From positions 1 through 64,000 of the forward strand of contig JBFIML010000005.1 of assembly GCA_041611735.1 (NCBI GenBank): a stretch of DNA of 64,000 nucleotides, read 5' to 3'. Shown one piece after another: positions 37,961 to 47,078 of this stretch. The notes under the pieces were generated by a model that searched no databases, had not been told where the DNA came from, and saw only the letters and a list, made by a program, of their open reading frames with translations. The position numbers and the translations under genes are program-made. The DNA comes from Myxococcota bacterium. GTDB taxonomy: Bacteria > Myxococcota_A > UBA9160 > PR03. The first letter of the stretch is position 1, and each line of letters starts with the position of its first letter.

Positions 37961-38836
37961 ATGAAGAAGGCCACGGCCCAGGCCGTCCTCTCGATCCCGG
38001 TGATCCTGCTGGTCGCGGCCGCCGTGGGCTGGGCGGGGAGCCAGGGCGGGCAGCGGTTCGGGGCGGTGCCGGTCTTCGCGCTGTGCGGCGCCTTTTGCTT
38101 CGCCCTGAACTGGCTGGTCTTCGTTCCCTCCTACGCCGCCCACACGGAGCGTTACTTCGACCTCACCGGCAGCCTCACCTACCTCGGAGCCATCGCCTGC
38201 GGGGTCGCCCTGGGAAGCCGTGATCCGCGCGCGCTGCTGCTGGCGGTGCTGGTCGGTGTCTGGGCGCTACGCCTCGGCAGCTTCCTGTTCCGGCGCATCC
38301 GCCGCGACGGCGTGGACCGTCGCTTCGACGCGCTCAAGGTCGACTTCACGCGCTTCCTTTTGACCTGGACGCTCCAGGGCCTGTGGGTCTTCCTCACCGT
38401 CTCGTGCGCGCTCGCCGCCATCACGGCAGCGGTGCCGACGCCCCTGGGCCCGACGGCGGCGCTGGGAGCCGCCGTCTGGATCGTCGGCTTCGCGATCGAG
38501 GCCATCGCCGACCGCCAGAAGGCAGCCTTCCGGGGGGATCCGGCGAACCGCGACCGCTTCATCGCCACGGGTCTGTGGGCCTGGTCGCGCCATCCCAACT
38601 ACTGCGGGGAGATCCTGCTCTGGATCGGGGTGGCGCTGATCGCCGTCCCTGCGCTCTCGGGCTGGCAGCTAGTGACGCTGATCTCCCCGGTCTTCGTGTA
38701 CGTCCTGCTGACCCGCATCAGCGGGATCCCGCTTCTCGAGTCGCGGTCCGATGCCAAGTGGGGCGACGACCCGGACTACCAGGCCTACAAGGCACGCACG
38801 CCCGTGCTGTGGCTCCGGCCCCCGGCCTCGAGTTGA
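37961..38836 (+). CDS. DUF1295 family (steroid 5-alpha-reductase-like) membrane protein
   Basis: FDLTGS, WALRLG, DRRF, EAIADRQK, GLWAWSRHPNY, SGIPLLE. Confidence 0.93.
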   Translation: MKKATAQAVLSIPVILLVAAAVGWAGSQGGQRFGAVPVFALCGAFCFALNWLVFVPSYAAHTERYFDLTGSLTYLGAIACGVALGSRDPRALLLAVLVGVWALRLGSFLFRRIRRDGVDRRFDALKVDFTRFLLTWTLQGLWVFLTVSCALAAITAAVPTPLGPTAALGAAVWIVGFAIEAIADRQKAAFRGDPANRDRFIATGLWAWSRHPNYCGEILLWIGVALIAVPALSGWQLVTLISPVFVYVLLTRISGIPLLESRSDAKWGDDPDYQAYKARTPVLWLRPPASS

Positions 38837-40176
38837 GCCCGACGACCGTCCGCCATCCCCCTCTCCGGCTCGCCACCTATGCGCTTCCCTCCCTGGTCAG
38901 CTCCGTGGCCGCGCTGCCCCTGGCGCTCTTCGTCCCGGCGTTCTACGCCGACGACCTCGGCGTGCCGCTGGCGGCCGTCGGCATGGCGATCGCCGCCTCG
39001 CGCCTGCTCGACGTCGTCACGGACCCGCTGATCGGCATCGCCAGCGATCGGCTGGCGCTCGGCTGGGGGCGGCGCAAGCCGTGGATGGTGCTCGGGACGC
39101 CGCTCTTCGCCGTGGCGCTGTGGCAGATCTTCGTGCCGGGCGAGACCGCGAGTGCGGGCAGCCTGCTCGGCTGGTCGGCGCTCCTCTACCTCGGCTTTAC
39201 GCTGATCGACCTGCCCCACAAGGCCTGGGGCGCCGAGCTCTCCCCCGACTACGACGAGCGCTCCCGCATCACGAGCTGGCGAGAGGGCCTCTCGGCCGTC
39301 GGCCAGGTGGCGCTCCTCGCCGTCCTCGTGGCGTGGGCCGCCGGAGGAGTCAGCGACGCAGCCGAGCAGCTGCGGGGCATCGCGCTGGTGGTCGTGATCG
39401 CGCTGCCGCTGCTGGTGGCCGCGGCAGTGATGGGTGTTCCGGAGGGCCCACGAGAGGGCTTCGCCCACGAGCGCCGTGGCATCTTCGAAGGTCTTCGCCT
39501 GGTCGCCCGCAACCCGGCCTTCCGCCGCATGATCGGCTGCGTGGTCTTCTTCGTATCCGGGATCGCGATCCAGGGCACCCTGCATCGCCTCGTCCTCGCC
39601 GATGTGATGCACGACGAGGGGCGCTTCCCGCTGATGCTCCTAGTCGAGAATCTCGCCACCCTCGCCGCGGTGCCGGTCTGGCTGCGCACCTCGCTCGCAA
39701 CGGGCAAGCACCGCGCGCTGGTGGCGGCCGCGCTGTGGCTCGCGGTCTTCAGCGTCCCCCTCGTCTTCCTGCGCGAGGGCGACACGGCGGCGTTGATCGT
39801 CCTCATCGCGATCCGGGGCTCGAGCTTCGCCTCGATCCTGTTCCTCGCGAACTCCATCGCTGCAGACGTGATCGACCTGGACACGCTCGCGTCGGGCGAG
39901 CAGCGCTCGGGCCTCTTCTTCGCAGTCTGGGGCATGACCACGAAGCTGTCCCTGGCCCTCGGCGTCCTGCTCGGGACGGCTCTGCCGGCAGCGTTCGGCT
40001 ACGACCCGTCCGTGGAAGGCGCAGCGCCCGCCGTCCAGGCCCGACTGATGGCGTTCTATGGCGGGGTCCCCGCGCTGCTCATGACGATCGGGGCGCTCTT
40101 CCTGCGCGGCTTTCCGGTCACCCGCGAGCGTCACGCCGCCGTGCGGGCTGAGATCGCGAGACGCACGGGCTCCTAG
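38833..40176 (+). CDS. MFS transporter, GPH/MelB-like
   Basis: DVVTDPLIG..SD, GRRKPW, ELSPDYDERS, ADVIDLD; many TM segments. Confidence 0.92.
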   Translation: MSPTTVRHPPLRLATYALPSLVSSVAALPLALFVPAFYADDLGVPLAAVGMAIAASRLLDVVTDPLIGIASDRLALGWGRRKPWMVLGTPLFAVALWQIFVPGETASAGSLLGWSALLYLGFTLIDLPHKAWGAELSPDYDERSRITSWREGLSAVGQVALLAVLVAWAAGGVSDAAEQLRGIALVVVIALPLLVAAAVMGVPEGPREGFAHERRGIFEGLRLVARNPAFRRMIGCVVFFVSGIAIQGTLHRLVLADVMHDEGRFPLMLLVENLATLAAVPVWLRTSLATGKHRALVAAALWLAVFSVPLVFLREGDTAALIVLIAIRGSSFASILFLANSIAADVIDLDTLASGEQRSGLFFAVWGMTTKLSLALGVLLGTALPAAFGYDPSVEGAAPAVQARLMAFYGGVPALLMTIGALFLRGFPVTRERHAAVRAEIARRTGS

Positions 40177-40230
40177 ACAAGCCGGTCGCCGTGTCTCGCT
40201 TCGAGCTTCGCGCGATAGTCGAGGTCTAGC

Positions 40231-40258
40231 GCTCGCGCCCCGCCCGGCGGCGCGAGCG
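40231..40258. terminator. GC-rich hairpin between convergent genes
   Basis: gctcgcgcc...ggcgcgagc stem; no U-tract. Confidence 0.35.
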
Positions 40259-40265
40259 GGCCGGC

Positions 40266-40673
40266 CTAGCGCGGATCCAGCCTGAGGAACTGTCTCGGCG
40301 CGAAGCCGGTGAAGACGTAGCCGACCAGCGGAAACCCCGACTCGTCGAGAAGGCGTCTGCGTTCCTCCTCGCTGACAGGGATTGCGCGGTAGTCAGTGAT
40401 CTCGCCCCTGCGGGTCACACTGACATCTGGATTCTTGAGCGCGCGGTGGTACCACGCGCGCGGCCAGTGGTTCGCAGAGACGTAGAGCCGACCGTCGTGG
40501 TCGAGGGGCGATAGGACCCGCTCGTAGGACTTCCCGTCCGTGCCGGTCGTGGTGATGACGATCGTCTCCACCCCGATGTTCTCCGGCTGAAACACGACTA
40601 ACGCGGTTATGCAGCCGGTGTGAGCAGCCGCGAGAATGCAAAGGCTCAGGGTGGCAACGTATCGGAGGTGCAT
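40266..40673 (-). CDS. Split-barrel nitroreductase/quinone-reductase-like (DUF385/DUF2255-like) protein
   Basis: DHDGRLYV, WYHRALKNPDV, LRLDPR. Confidence 0.65.
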   Translation of the reverse strand: MHLRYVATLSLCILAAAHTGCITALVVFQPENIGVETIVITTTGTDGKSYERVLSPLDHDGRLYVSANHWPRAWYHRALKNPDVSVTRRGEITDYRAIPVSEEERRRLLDESGFPLVGYVFTGFAPRQFLRLDPR

Positions 40674-40980
40674 GGTGCCTCTTGTGGTCCCGCCACAGTC
40701 TACCGCTCCGCCCCTGGGCGTTCTTCTATTGCGACGCGACCGTGGCTTGGCGAGCCGAGGCGAGGCCCAGCGCAGCGTTGGACGGGTGTCGGGATCGAGC
40801 TCGGTCTAGAAGCGCCTCTCGACGCCCAGGATGGGGGTGCGCTCGGGCTCGCTCTCCGCATCCTGTCCGGACGAGCGCCGGGCCGACCTGGCCGCTGCGT
40901 CGAAGCCGGCGAGCACCTGCCGGGTAAGCTGCTCCGTCCTCCCCGCCCGATAGGTCGCGGTTCCGGGGACGGCCATCGCC

Positions 40981-41235
40981 TTGCTGGGCTTCGGCATGCG
41001 CTCCTGGCGCTATTCGATGCTCGTGAACGACGGCAAGATTGAGAAGATGTTCGTGGAGCCTCTGCGCATCATGGACATCATCGAGGCCAGCGGGACCGGC
41101 TTTGCCTTCCCCTCCCAGACGCTCTTTCTCGGCCGGGACGAGGCCCCGGCGAAGCAGCGCGCGGGGGAGATCGCCGACGAGGTCAGGGCCTGGCGCGAGC
41201 GCAACGAGCTCTACCTCCCGGTCTTCCGGCGGCTC
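40981..41235 (+). pseudogene. In-frame chimera: peroxiredoxin C-terminal fragment + MscS channel C-terminal fragment
   Basis: [26 protein letters not shown] joined to [26 protein letters not shown]. Confidence 0.8.
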
Positions 41236-41279
41236 GGATCGCGGCGCTCGAGAACACGGTCCGGTTCCCTCCTCAGGGA

Positions 41280-41507
41280 TCACCGGACCACAGAGCCGGC
41301 TGACGCTCGGGCGGGAGCTCCCGGATCGGAGGTCGAGCGCCGGCGCGCGGCCTCGACGTACTGCTCCAGGTCCTCCGGGTCGTAGCGGACCGCGCCTCCC
41401 AGCTTGAGGAAGGGCGGTCCGTTGCCCTGGAGTCGCCACTTCTGCAGCGTGCGGACGCTCAGCCCCAGCCGCTGGGAGGCGTCGCGTTCGGTCAGCAGCT
41501 CCGCCAT
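41280..41507 (-). CDS. Excisionase/AlpA-like HTH protein
   Basis: [39 protein letters not shown]; next to the att site. Confidence 0.9.
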   Translation of the reverse strand: MAELLTERDASQRLGLSVRTLQKWRLQGNGPPFLKLGGAVRYDPEDLEQYVEAARRRSTSDPGAPARASAGSVVR

Positions 41508-41733
41508 GCCCGAGGCCATCGCAAGCCCCGTGCCGCGCAAAGCCTGGGCGACAGCGGCGGAGGCGTCGCCGCAGCCCGGTTCGGGCCGATCCTGGCTGCC
41601 GCTGGCGCGGGCAGCGGCACCAAGGCGGCTTCGATTCGGGGCCCTTCCGCGCGTCCCAAGAGGCCGCCGATTGCTTCCGCCCTGCTTCCGGGCTCTGTGT
41701 CGCGAAATCGCGCCCGCGTAACTAGGCGAAATG

Positions 41734-41809
41734 TGGAGCCGACGGCCGGATTCGAACCGGCGACCTGCTAATTACGAATCAGCTGCTCTACCAGCTGAGC
41801 TACGTCGGC
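41734..41809 (-). tRNA. tRNA-Thr(CGT)
   Basis: GCCGACG acceptor, D-arm, anticodon loop TTCGTAA, GGTTCGAATCC T-arm, encoded CCA; 76 nt. Confidence 0.97.
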
Positions 41810-41931
41810 TTGGGACGCGTCGGACGACGCGGTCGCGAAGTCTAGCCGCGGGCCCGGGGCGCGCCAAGCAGCCGCCCCGGACCCCGCCGCCCGGGCCGGC
41901 AGCCCGGGCGGCGCGTGATACCTTCCGCCGC

Positions 41932-42879
41932 GTGGCGACCACGGAGCGACGCATCTGGATCGACGGCGAGCTCGTGCCCTGGGACCAGGCCACGGTGCAC
42001 GTGCTCTCCCACAGCCTGCAACGCGGCTCCCTGGTCTTCGACTACATGAGCGTGCACGAGACCCCGCGGGGGGCGGCCGTGTTCCGCCTGGACGACCACC
42101 TGGCGCGCTTCTTCCACTCGGTGCATCTCGTAGGCCTGCCCCTGCACGCCGACGCCGAGCGCCTGCGCGCCGGGATCCTGGCCAGCGTGCGCGCCAACCC
42201 CGGCGCCAGCGCCGTCAAGATCTGCGCCTACCTGCCCTCGGTGGAGGTGGAGCTCGTGCCCCTCGACGAGCGCGTGCGGGTGGCCATCGCCGCCTACGAT
42301 CCCCTGGGCGACGTGATCCAGCCGAAGGGCGTGACGCACCGCTTCCCGGAAGCCCTGCGCGTGCGCATCGAGCGGGTACGTCGCAAGCTCGACGCGGTGC
42401 TCCCGCCCCAGGCCAAGGCGGCGGCCAGCTACCTGGGCCCCATGAGCGCCAAGTGGGCGGCGCGCCGGGCCGGCTACGACGAGATCCTGCTGGTGGACGC
42501 GGCGGGCAACCTGGCCGAGGGGCCCACCACCAACGTCTTCCTGGTGGACCGGGCGGGCACGCTGCTGACGCCGCCGGTGGGCGGGATCCTGGAGGGGGTC
42601 ACGCGCCGCTCGGTGCTGGAGATCGCCAAGCACGACGGCCGCCCGGCCCGGGAGCAGACCCTCCCCCCCGCGGCGCTCTTCGAGGCGGCCGAGGCCTTCC
42701 TGACCGGGACCACCGCGGGCGTCTGGCCGATCGCCACCGTGGACGACCGGCCGGTCGGGGACGGCCGGGTCGGGCCCGTCACCCGGGCGCTCCAGGAGCG
42801 CTTCCGCGCCGTGGTCTCCGGGTGCGACCCGGACTTCGCCCACTGGCTCACGCCCGCCGCCGCAGGACCAACCGGGTGA
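41932..42879 (+). CDS. Class IV (branched-chain amino acid-type) aminotransferase
   Basis: IWIDGELVPW..ATVHVLSHSL, AKAAASY, EGPTTNVF, ILEGVTR, FLTGT. Confidence 0.9.
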   Translation: MATTERRIWIDGELVPWDQATVHVLSHSLQRGSLVFDYMSVHETPRGAAVFRLDDHLARFFHSVHLVGLPLHADAERLRAGILASVRANPGASAVKICAYLPSVEVELVPLDERVRVAIAAYDPLGDVIQPKGVTHRFPEALRVRIERVRRKLDAVLPPQAKAAASYLGPMSAKWAARRAGYDEILLVDAAGNLAEGPTTNVFLVDRAGTLLTPPVGGILEGVTRRSVLEIAKHDGRPAREQTLPPAALFEAAEAFLTGTTAGVWPIATVDDRPVGDGRVGPVTRALQERFRAVVSGCDPDFAHWLTPAAAGPTG

Positions 42880-42898
42880 GAGATCCGGCCTAGCACCG

Positions 42899-43870
42899 AT
42901 GCGCGTCCTCTCCGGCACGCAGCCCTCGGGCGAGCTGCACATCGGCAACTACTTCGGGGCGCTGCGCCAGTACCTGGCCTTCCAGGAGCAGCACGAGGCG
43001 ATCTACTTCATCGCCGACTACCACTCCATGACGAGCGTGCGCGAGGCTGCCGAGCGCCGCCGCCTGACCCACGACGTGGCGCTGGACTATCTGGCCCTGG
43101 GGCTCGACCCGGAGCGGGCCGTCCTCTACCGGCAGTCGGACCTCCCGGAGGTGTGCGAGCTGGCCTGGCTGCTCACCACGGTGACGCCCATGGGGCTCTT
43201 GGAGCGGGCCCACGCCTACAAGGACAAGGTGGCCCAGGGTCTGCCGGTGGATCACGGGCTCTTCGCCTACCCGGTCCTGATGGCGGCGGACATCCTGATC
43301 TTCAACGCGGACCTCGTCCCGGTGGGCCAGGACCAGAAGCAGCACCTGGAGATGACCCGCGACATCGCGGCCCGCTTCAACCACGTCTACGCGCGCGAGG
43401 TCTTCAAGCTGCCGGACGCCCACATCCTGGACGACGTGGCGGTGGTCCCGGGCACCGACGGGCGCAAGATGAGCAAGTCCTACGACAACACGATCGGCAT
43501 GTTCGCGGCGGAGAAGGCGCTCAAGAAGGCCATCATGGGCATCGTCACCGACTCGACGCCCGTCGAGGACCCCAAGGACCCCCAGCAGGCGCTCTTCCAG
43601 CTCTGGAACCTGTTCGCCTCGGAATCCGAACGCAAGGAGATGGAGGCGCGCGCCCGGGAGGGCGGGCTCGGCTACGGCGATCTGAAGAAGGACCTCCTGC
43701 GGCGTCTGCTCGAGCACTTCGGGCCGATGCGCGAGCGGCGCACGGCCCTGGCCCGACGCCCCGAGGCGGTGGAGGCGCTGCTCGCCGAGGGGGCGCGCCG
43801 CGCGCGGGAGCTGGCGCGGCCCGTGGTGGCGGCGGCGCGGGAGGCGGCGGGGCTCGGCCCGAGACGGTGA
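42899..43870 (+). CDS. trpS: Tryptophan--tRNA ligase
   Basis: HIGN, YPVLMAADIL, VPVGQDQ, KMSKS. Confidence 0.98.
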   Translation: MRVLSGTQPSGELHIGNYFGALRQYLAFQEQHEAIYFIADYHSMTSVREAAERRRLTHDVALDYLALGLDPERAVLYRQSDLPEVCELAWLLTTVTPMGLLERAHAYKDKVAQGLPVDHGLFAYPVLMAADILIFNADLVPVGQDQKQHLEMTRDIAARFNHVYAREVFKLPDAHILDDVAVVPGTDGRKMSKSYDNTIGMFAAEKALKKAIMGIVTDSTPVEDPKDPQQALFQLWNLFASESERKEMEARAREGGLGYGDLKKDLLRRLLEHFGPMRERRTALARRPEAVEALLAEGARRARELARPVVAAAREAAGLGPRR

Positions 43871-44463
43871 CGCCGCGCCCCTTCGTGACGCTGGTCTCGG
43901 GCCTGCCGCGCTCCGGGACCTCCCTGATGATGCAGATGCTGCGCGCCGGGGGGCTCCCGGTCCTGAACGACGACCTGCGCCCGCCGGACGCGCACAACCC
44001 GCGCGGCTACCTGGAGTACGAGCCCGTGAAGCGCAGCGCCCGGGACGCCTCCTGGGTGGCACGCGCCGTGGGCCGGGCCGTGAAGGTGGTGCACCTGCTG
44101 CTGCCGGCACTGCCCGCGGACCGGGAGTACCGGGTGATCCTGATGCGGCGCCCCATCGAGGAGGTGATGGCCTCCCAGCTCGCCATGCTGGAGGGGAGCG
44201 GCCGCTCCAGCGACACGGAGGGCGACGAGCTCGGCGGGCTCTTCGAGCGCCAGATGGCGGAGACCGAGTCCTGGCTGCGGGAGGCCTCCCACTGCCGGGT
44301 GCTCGTGGTGGACTACCCGGAGCTCGTGCGCGACCCGGCTCCCTGGGCCGCCCGCATCGATCGCTTCCTGGGCGGCGGCCTCGACACGAGGGCCATGGTG
44401 GCCGCCGTGGATCCGCTACTGCACCGCCAGCGCCTGCACGCGCTCCGCGTCCGCGACCCGTAG
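43867..44463 (+). CDS. Sulfotransferase-family P-loop protein
   Basis: VSGLPRSGTSLMMQML, NPRGYLE. Confidence 0.85.
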   Translation: MTPRPFVTLVSGLPRSGTSLMMQMLRAGGLPVLNDDLRPPDAHNPRGYLEYEPVKRSARDASWVARAVGRAVKVVHLLLPALPADREYRVILMRRPIEEVMASQLAMLEGSGRSSDTEGDELGGLFERQMAETESWLREASHCRVLVVDYPELVRDPAPWAARIDRFLGGGLDTRAMVAAVDPLLHRQRLHALRVRDP

Positions 44464-46443
44464 CGCCTCCCAGGTCCACACCACCTCCTGCAGGGCGGCC
44501 TGCTTCTCCTCGCGCGGGATGCGCAGCCGCTCCCCGTCCGGGCCCGTGATCTGGAGCCCGCCGCTGTGCAGGTCGTAGACCACGCTGCGGTCGAGGCGGC
44601 GCAGCCCCACGAGTTGCGGTTGCTCCATGCGGGGCACGTACTGGAAGATCGCCCGGGACGGGTCTGGCACGAAGCGCGCCCGCGGCCTCCCGGCGCCCGC
44701 GCCCACGTCCAGGTGGCGCCACAGGAGACCGCGCAGCTCGCCCAGCCCCAGGGGCTCCGGCCATTCACCGCCGAGGCCCCACAGGATGAGCGGCACCGCG
44801 GTCTGGTGCTCGTCCAGGGCCTGACCGTGACCCAGGAAGCCCGTTTCGTAGAAGGACTGTCCGTGATCGGCGGTCACCAGGATCACGCTGCGTCGTGACC
44901 CGAGGTGCGCCCACCACGCCTCCACCAGCGCCTCCACGGCGTGGTCCACGTTGGCGGCGGTGTTCAGGTAGGTCTCCCACAGGCGCCCGGTCTGGCCGGC
45001 CCGGATCCGGCTGCGCGGGATCGGGTCGACGCCGAGCAGGTCGTCGATCTCCCGGTGGTGGTACGGGAAGTGGGTGTCCACCACGTTCACGTACAGGAAG
45101 AGCGGCACTTCGGGGTCGTGGCCGTGGAGGAAGGCGAGGGCGCGCTCGTTCAGCTGCTTCCAGGAGACCTGCAGGCTACCGGGGCTCGTGGAGCGGGAGG
45201 TGCGCCGCGCCAGGTCCTGGCGCGCGTCGTAGAAGACGTCTGCCTCCGCGGTGCCGAGCAGCGGCTCGCTCTGACCGAAGGAGTCGTCCTGGCCCGAGAA
45301 CCACCCGACCCGATAGCCCCGGCCCTTGAAGTCGTGCACCAGCGTCCGCTGGCCGGGGTGCGGGACCAGGGTGCCGCCCAGGAGCTGGGCCCGGGAGGGC
45401 ACCGTGAAGGGGCTGTGCACGTAGGCGCGGCGGGAAAGGGACCCCTCCCGGGCGAGGCGGTTCAGGAAGGGCGTCACCTCGCGGCCGCGGAAGCGGGCGT
45501 CGAGCAGGTCGGTGCGGAAGCTCTCCAGGAAGATCAGCAAGACGTGGGGCGAGCCGGTGGCGCTGGCCACGGCGGGCGGGATCGTCCCGGGCGGCGCGAA
45601 GTCCGCCGGCAGGTCCCCACCGATCCCGTCCTCGTCGATCCCGTTGCCGGGCCGCTCCAGGGCAAAGGGCGCGATGCCCGCGTCGAAGGGGGCCGGGTCC
45701 CGCGGCCGCGAGAGGAGCCCGTAGCCGTCCCGGTCCACGTCGCTGAGCCGCTGCACGACCTCCGTCAGCAGCACGCCGCTCGGCCGGTTCACGAGGCCAT
45801 AGCGGATGCGGTCCAGCCGGAACGTCGCCACCAGCAGGATCCCGATGGCCGCCAGGGTGGTGACTGCGAAGCCCGCCCAGATGCGCCGCGCGGGCGGGGG
45901 GGCGAAGCGCCGGGGGTCCGTCGCCACGTGACGCTCGAGCCAGCCGGCCCCCGCCCAGACCCCCAGGACCCCGATCGCCCCGATCCCGGCCACGACCGCC
46001 AGCGGCGAGAGATACCCGGCCGCGTGGGAGGCCACCTCCGCGGAGCTGCGTCCGGAGACCTCCCAGAGCAGGCTGGCGCCCACCATGCGTCCCAGGATCG
46101 AGAGGATCTGGTAGCGCACCAGGTCGAACAGGAACGGCACCGCCAGGGTGACGAGCCCCGTCAGGCAGAAGACCTGGAGATGCCCGAGCGGGAGCACTCG
46201 CAGGGTCGGCACCAGCACGCTCCAGATGGCGAGGGCCAGGGCCGCGTCGAGGATCGCGCCGGTCACGAAGAAGCCGCCGATCACCGCCGGCGAGTCCAGG
46301 GAGACCGCGTTGTAGCCGCTCGTGAAATAGCTGGTGGTGAGCTCCAGGAGCGTCGCCTCGGTGAGGGCGGCGGCAGCCAGGCAGACGAGCAGCAGCACCG
46401 ACCAGGGGCTCGCCCCGTCTCGCGTCCCGAAGCGATGCCTCAC
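44416..46443 (-). CDS. Membrane-anchored alkaline-phosphatase-superfamily (sulfatase/LtaS-like) enzyme
   Basis: N-terminal TMs; FLESFR, FTVPSR, DTHFPY, TADHG, GHG; internal DVDRDGYG...GNGIDED motif. Confidence 0.85.
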   Translation of the reverse strand: MRHRFGTRDGASPWSVLLLVCLAAAALTEATLLELTTSYFTSGYNAVSLDSPAVIGGFFVTGAILDAALALAIWSVLVPTLRVLPLGHLQVFCLTGLVTLAVPFLFDLVRYQILSILGRMVGASLLWEVSGRSSAEVASHAAGYLSPLAVVAGIGAIGVLGVWAGAGWLERHVATDPRRFAPPPARRIWAGFAVTTLAAIGILLVATFRLDRIRYGLVNRPSGVLLTEVVQRLSDVDRDGYGLLSRPRDPAPFDAGIAPFALERPGNGIDEDGIGGDLPADFAPPGTIPPAVASATGSPHVLLIFLESFRTDLLDARFRGREVTPFLNRLAREGSLSRRAYVHSPFTVPSRAQLLGGTLVPHPGQRTLVHDFKGRGYRVGWFSGQDDSFGQSEPLLGTAEADVFYDARQDLARRTSRSTSPGSLQVSWKQLNERALAFLHGHDPEVPLFLYVNVVDTHFPYHHREIDDLLGVDPIPRSRIRAGQTGRLWETYLNTAANVDHAVEALVEAWWAHLGSRRSVILVTADHGQSFYETGFLGHGQALDEHQTAVPLILWGLGGEWPEPLGLGELRGLLWRHLDVGAGAGRPRARFVPDPSRAIFQYVPRMEQPQLVGLRRLDRSVVYDLHSGGLQITGPDGERLRIPREEKQAALQEVVWTWEALRVADAERVQALAVQ

Positions 46444-47078
46444 GGCGTGCAGGCCGCCTCGTGGTGGCGCCAGGCGGCGGCGAGCCAGGCGCGGGCAGCC
46501 TCCCGGGCGTCCTCGACCTGCACGGGCTCCACCTCGCCGTGGACGAGGAGCAGCGTCATCGGTTGCGTCCCGGACCGGATCTGCGCCACGGCGGACGTGA
46601 GCTGGGCCAGCCAGGGCCGGGCCACCGGTCGCCCTTCGTACACGAAGAGGTAGCCCGCCAGCTGCACCCGGCGACGGGTCTCGTCGGAGATCCAGTGGAT
46701 CGGGAGCGGCTCCCCGTCGGTCGCAAGCCACTCGAGCTCGTGGCGCTCGGGCTCCATGGCGCCGGAGACGAAGTTGGCGGGCCGCACGTAGAGTCGAGCC
46801 GGGTCGAAGGAGCGCAGCACCGTGAACTCGAGCCGGGGGGCGGTGGGCCCGCGGGGCGAAACGCGCCCCTCGGTCCACTGCACCACGTGCCGCCCCAGCT
46901 TCTCGCCCCGCTCGCGGACGCTCCCGGCGCCGGGAAGCCCGAAGGGATCCAGGCGATGACCCGTCCCGGCGCAGGTCTCCGGCTGGCGACGGTCGCCCGC
47001 ATGCCACGCCACGGGCACGAGGGCCACGCTCAGCAGGGCGGCCAGCGGCCAGGCGTAGCGGTCCGAGAGGCGGATCAC
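46440..47078 (-). CDS. EpsI-like exosortase-associated protein
   Basis: Signal/TM then periplasmic domain; coupled to the exosortase gene; YLFVYEGR and TLLLV motifs. Confidence 0.6.
   Translation of the reverse strand: MIRLSDRYAWPLAALLSVALVPVAWHAGDRRQPETCAGTGHRLDPFGLPGAGSVRERGEKLGRHVVQWTEGRVSPRGPTAPRLEFTVLRSFDPARLYVRPANFVSGAMEPERHELEWLATDGEPLPIHWISDETRRRVQLAGYLFVYEGRPVARPWLAQLTSAVAQIRSGTQPMTLLLVHGEVEPVQVEDAREAARAWLAAAWRHHEAACTP

Larger units (their letters stand above)
22664..41780. mobile_element. ~19 kb integrative genomic island at tRNA-Thr(CGT)
   Basis: Direct att repeats; integrase at the left end; excisionase-like gene at the right end; shared arm-type repeats. Confidence 0.9.

Noticed and set aside
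22664-41780. Prophage or ICE
   Set aside because: No capsid, terminase, tail, relaxase or T4SS genes
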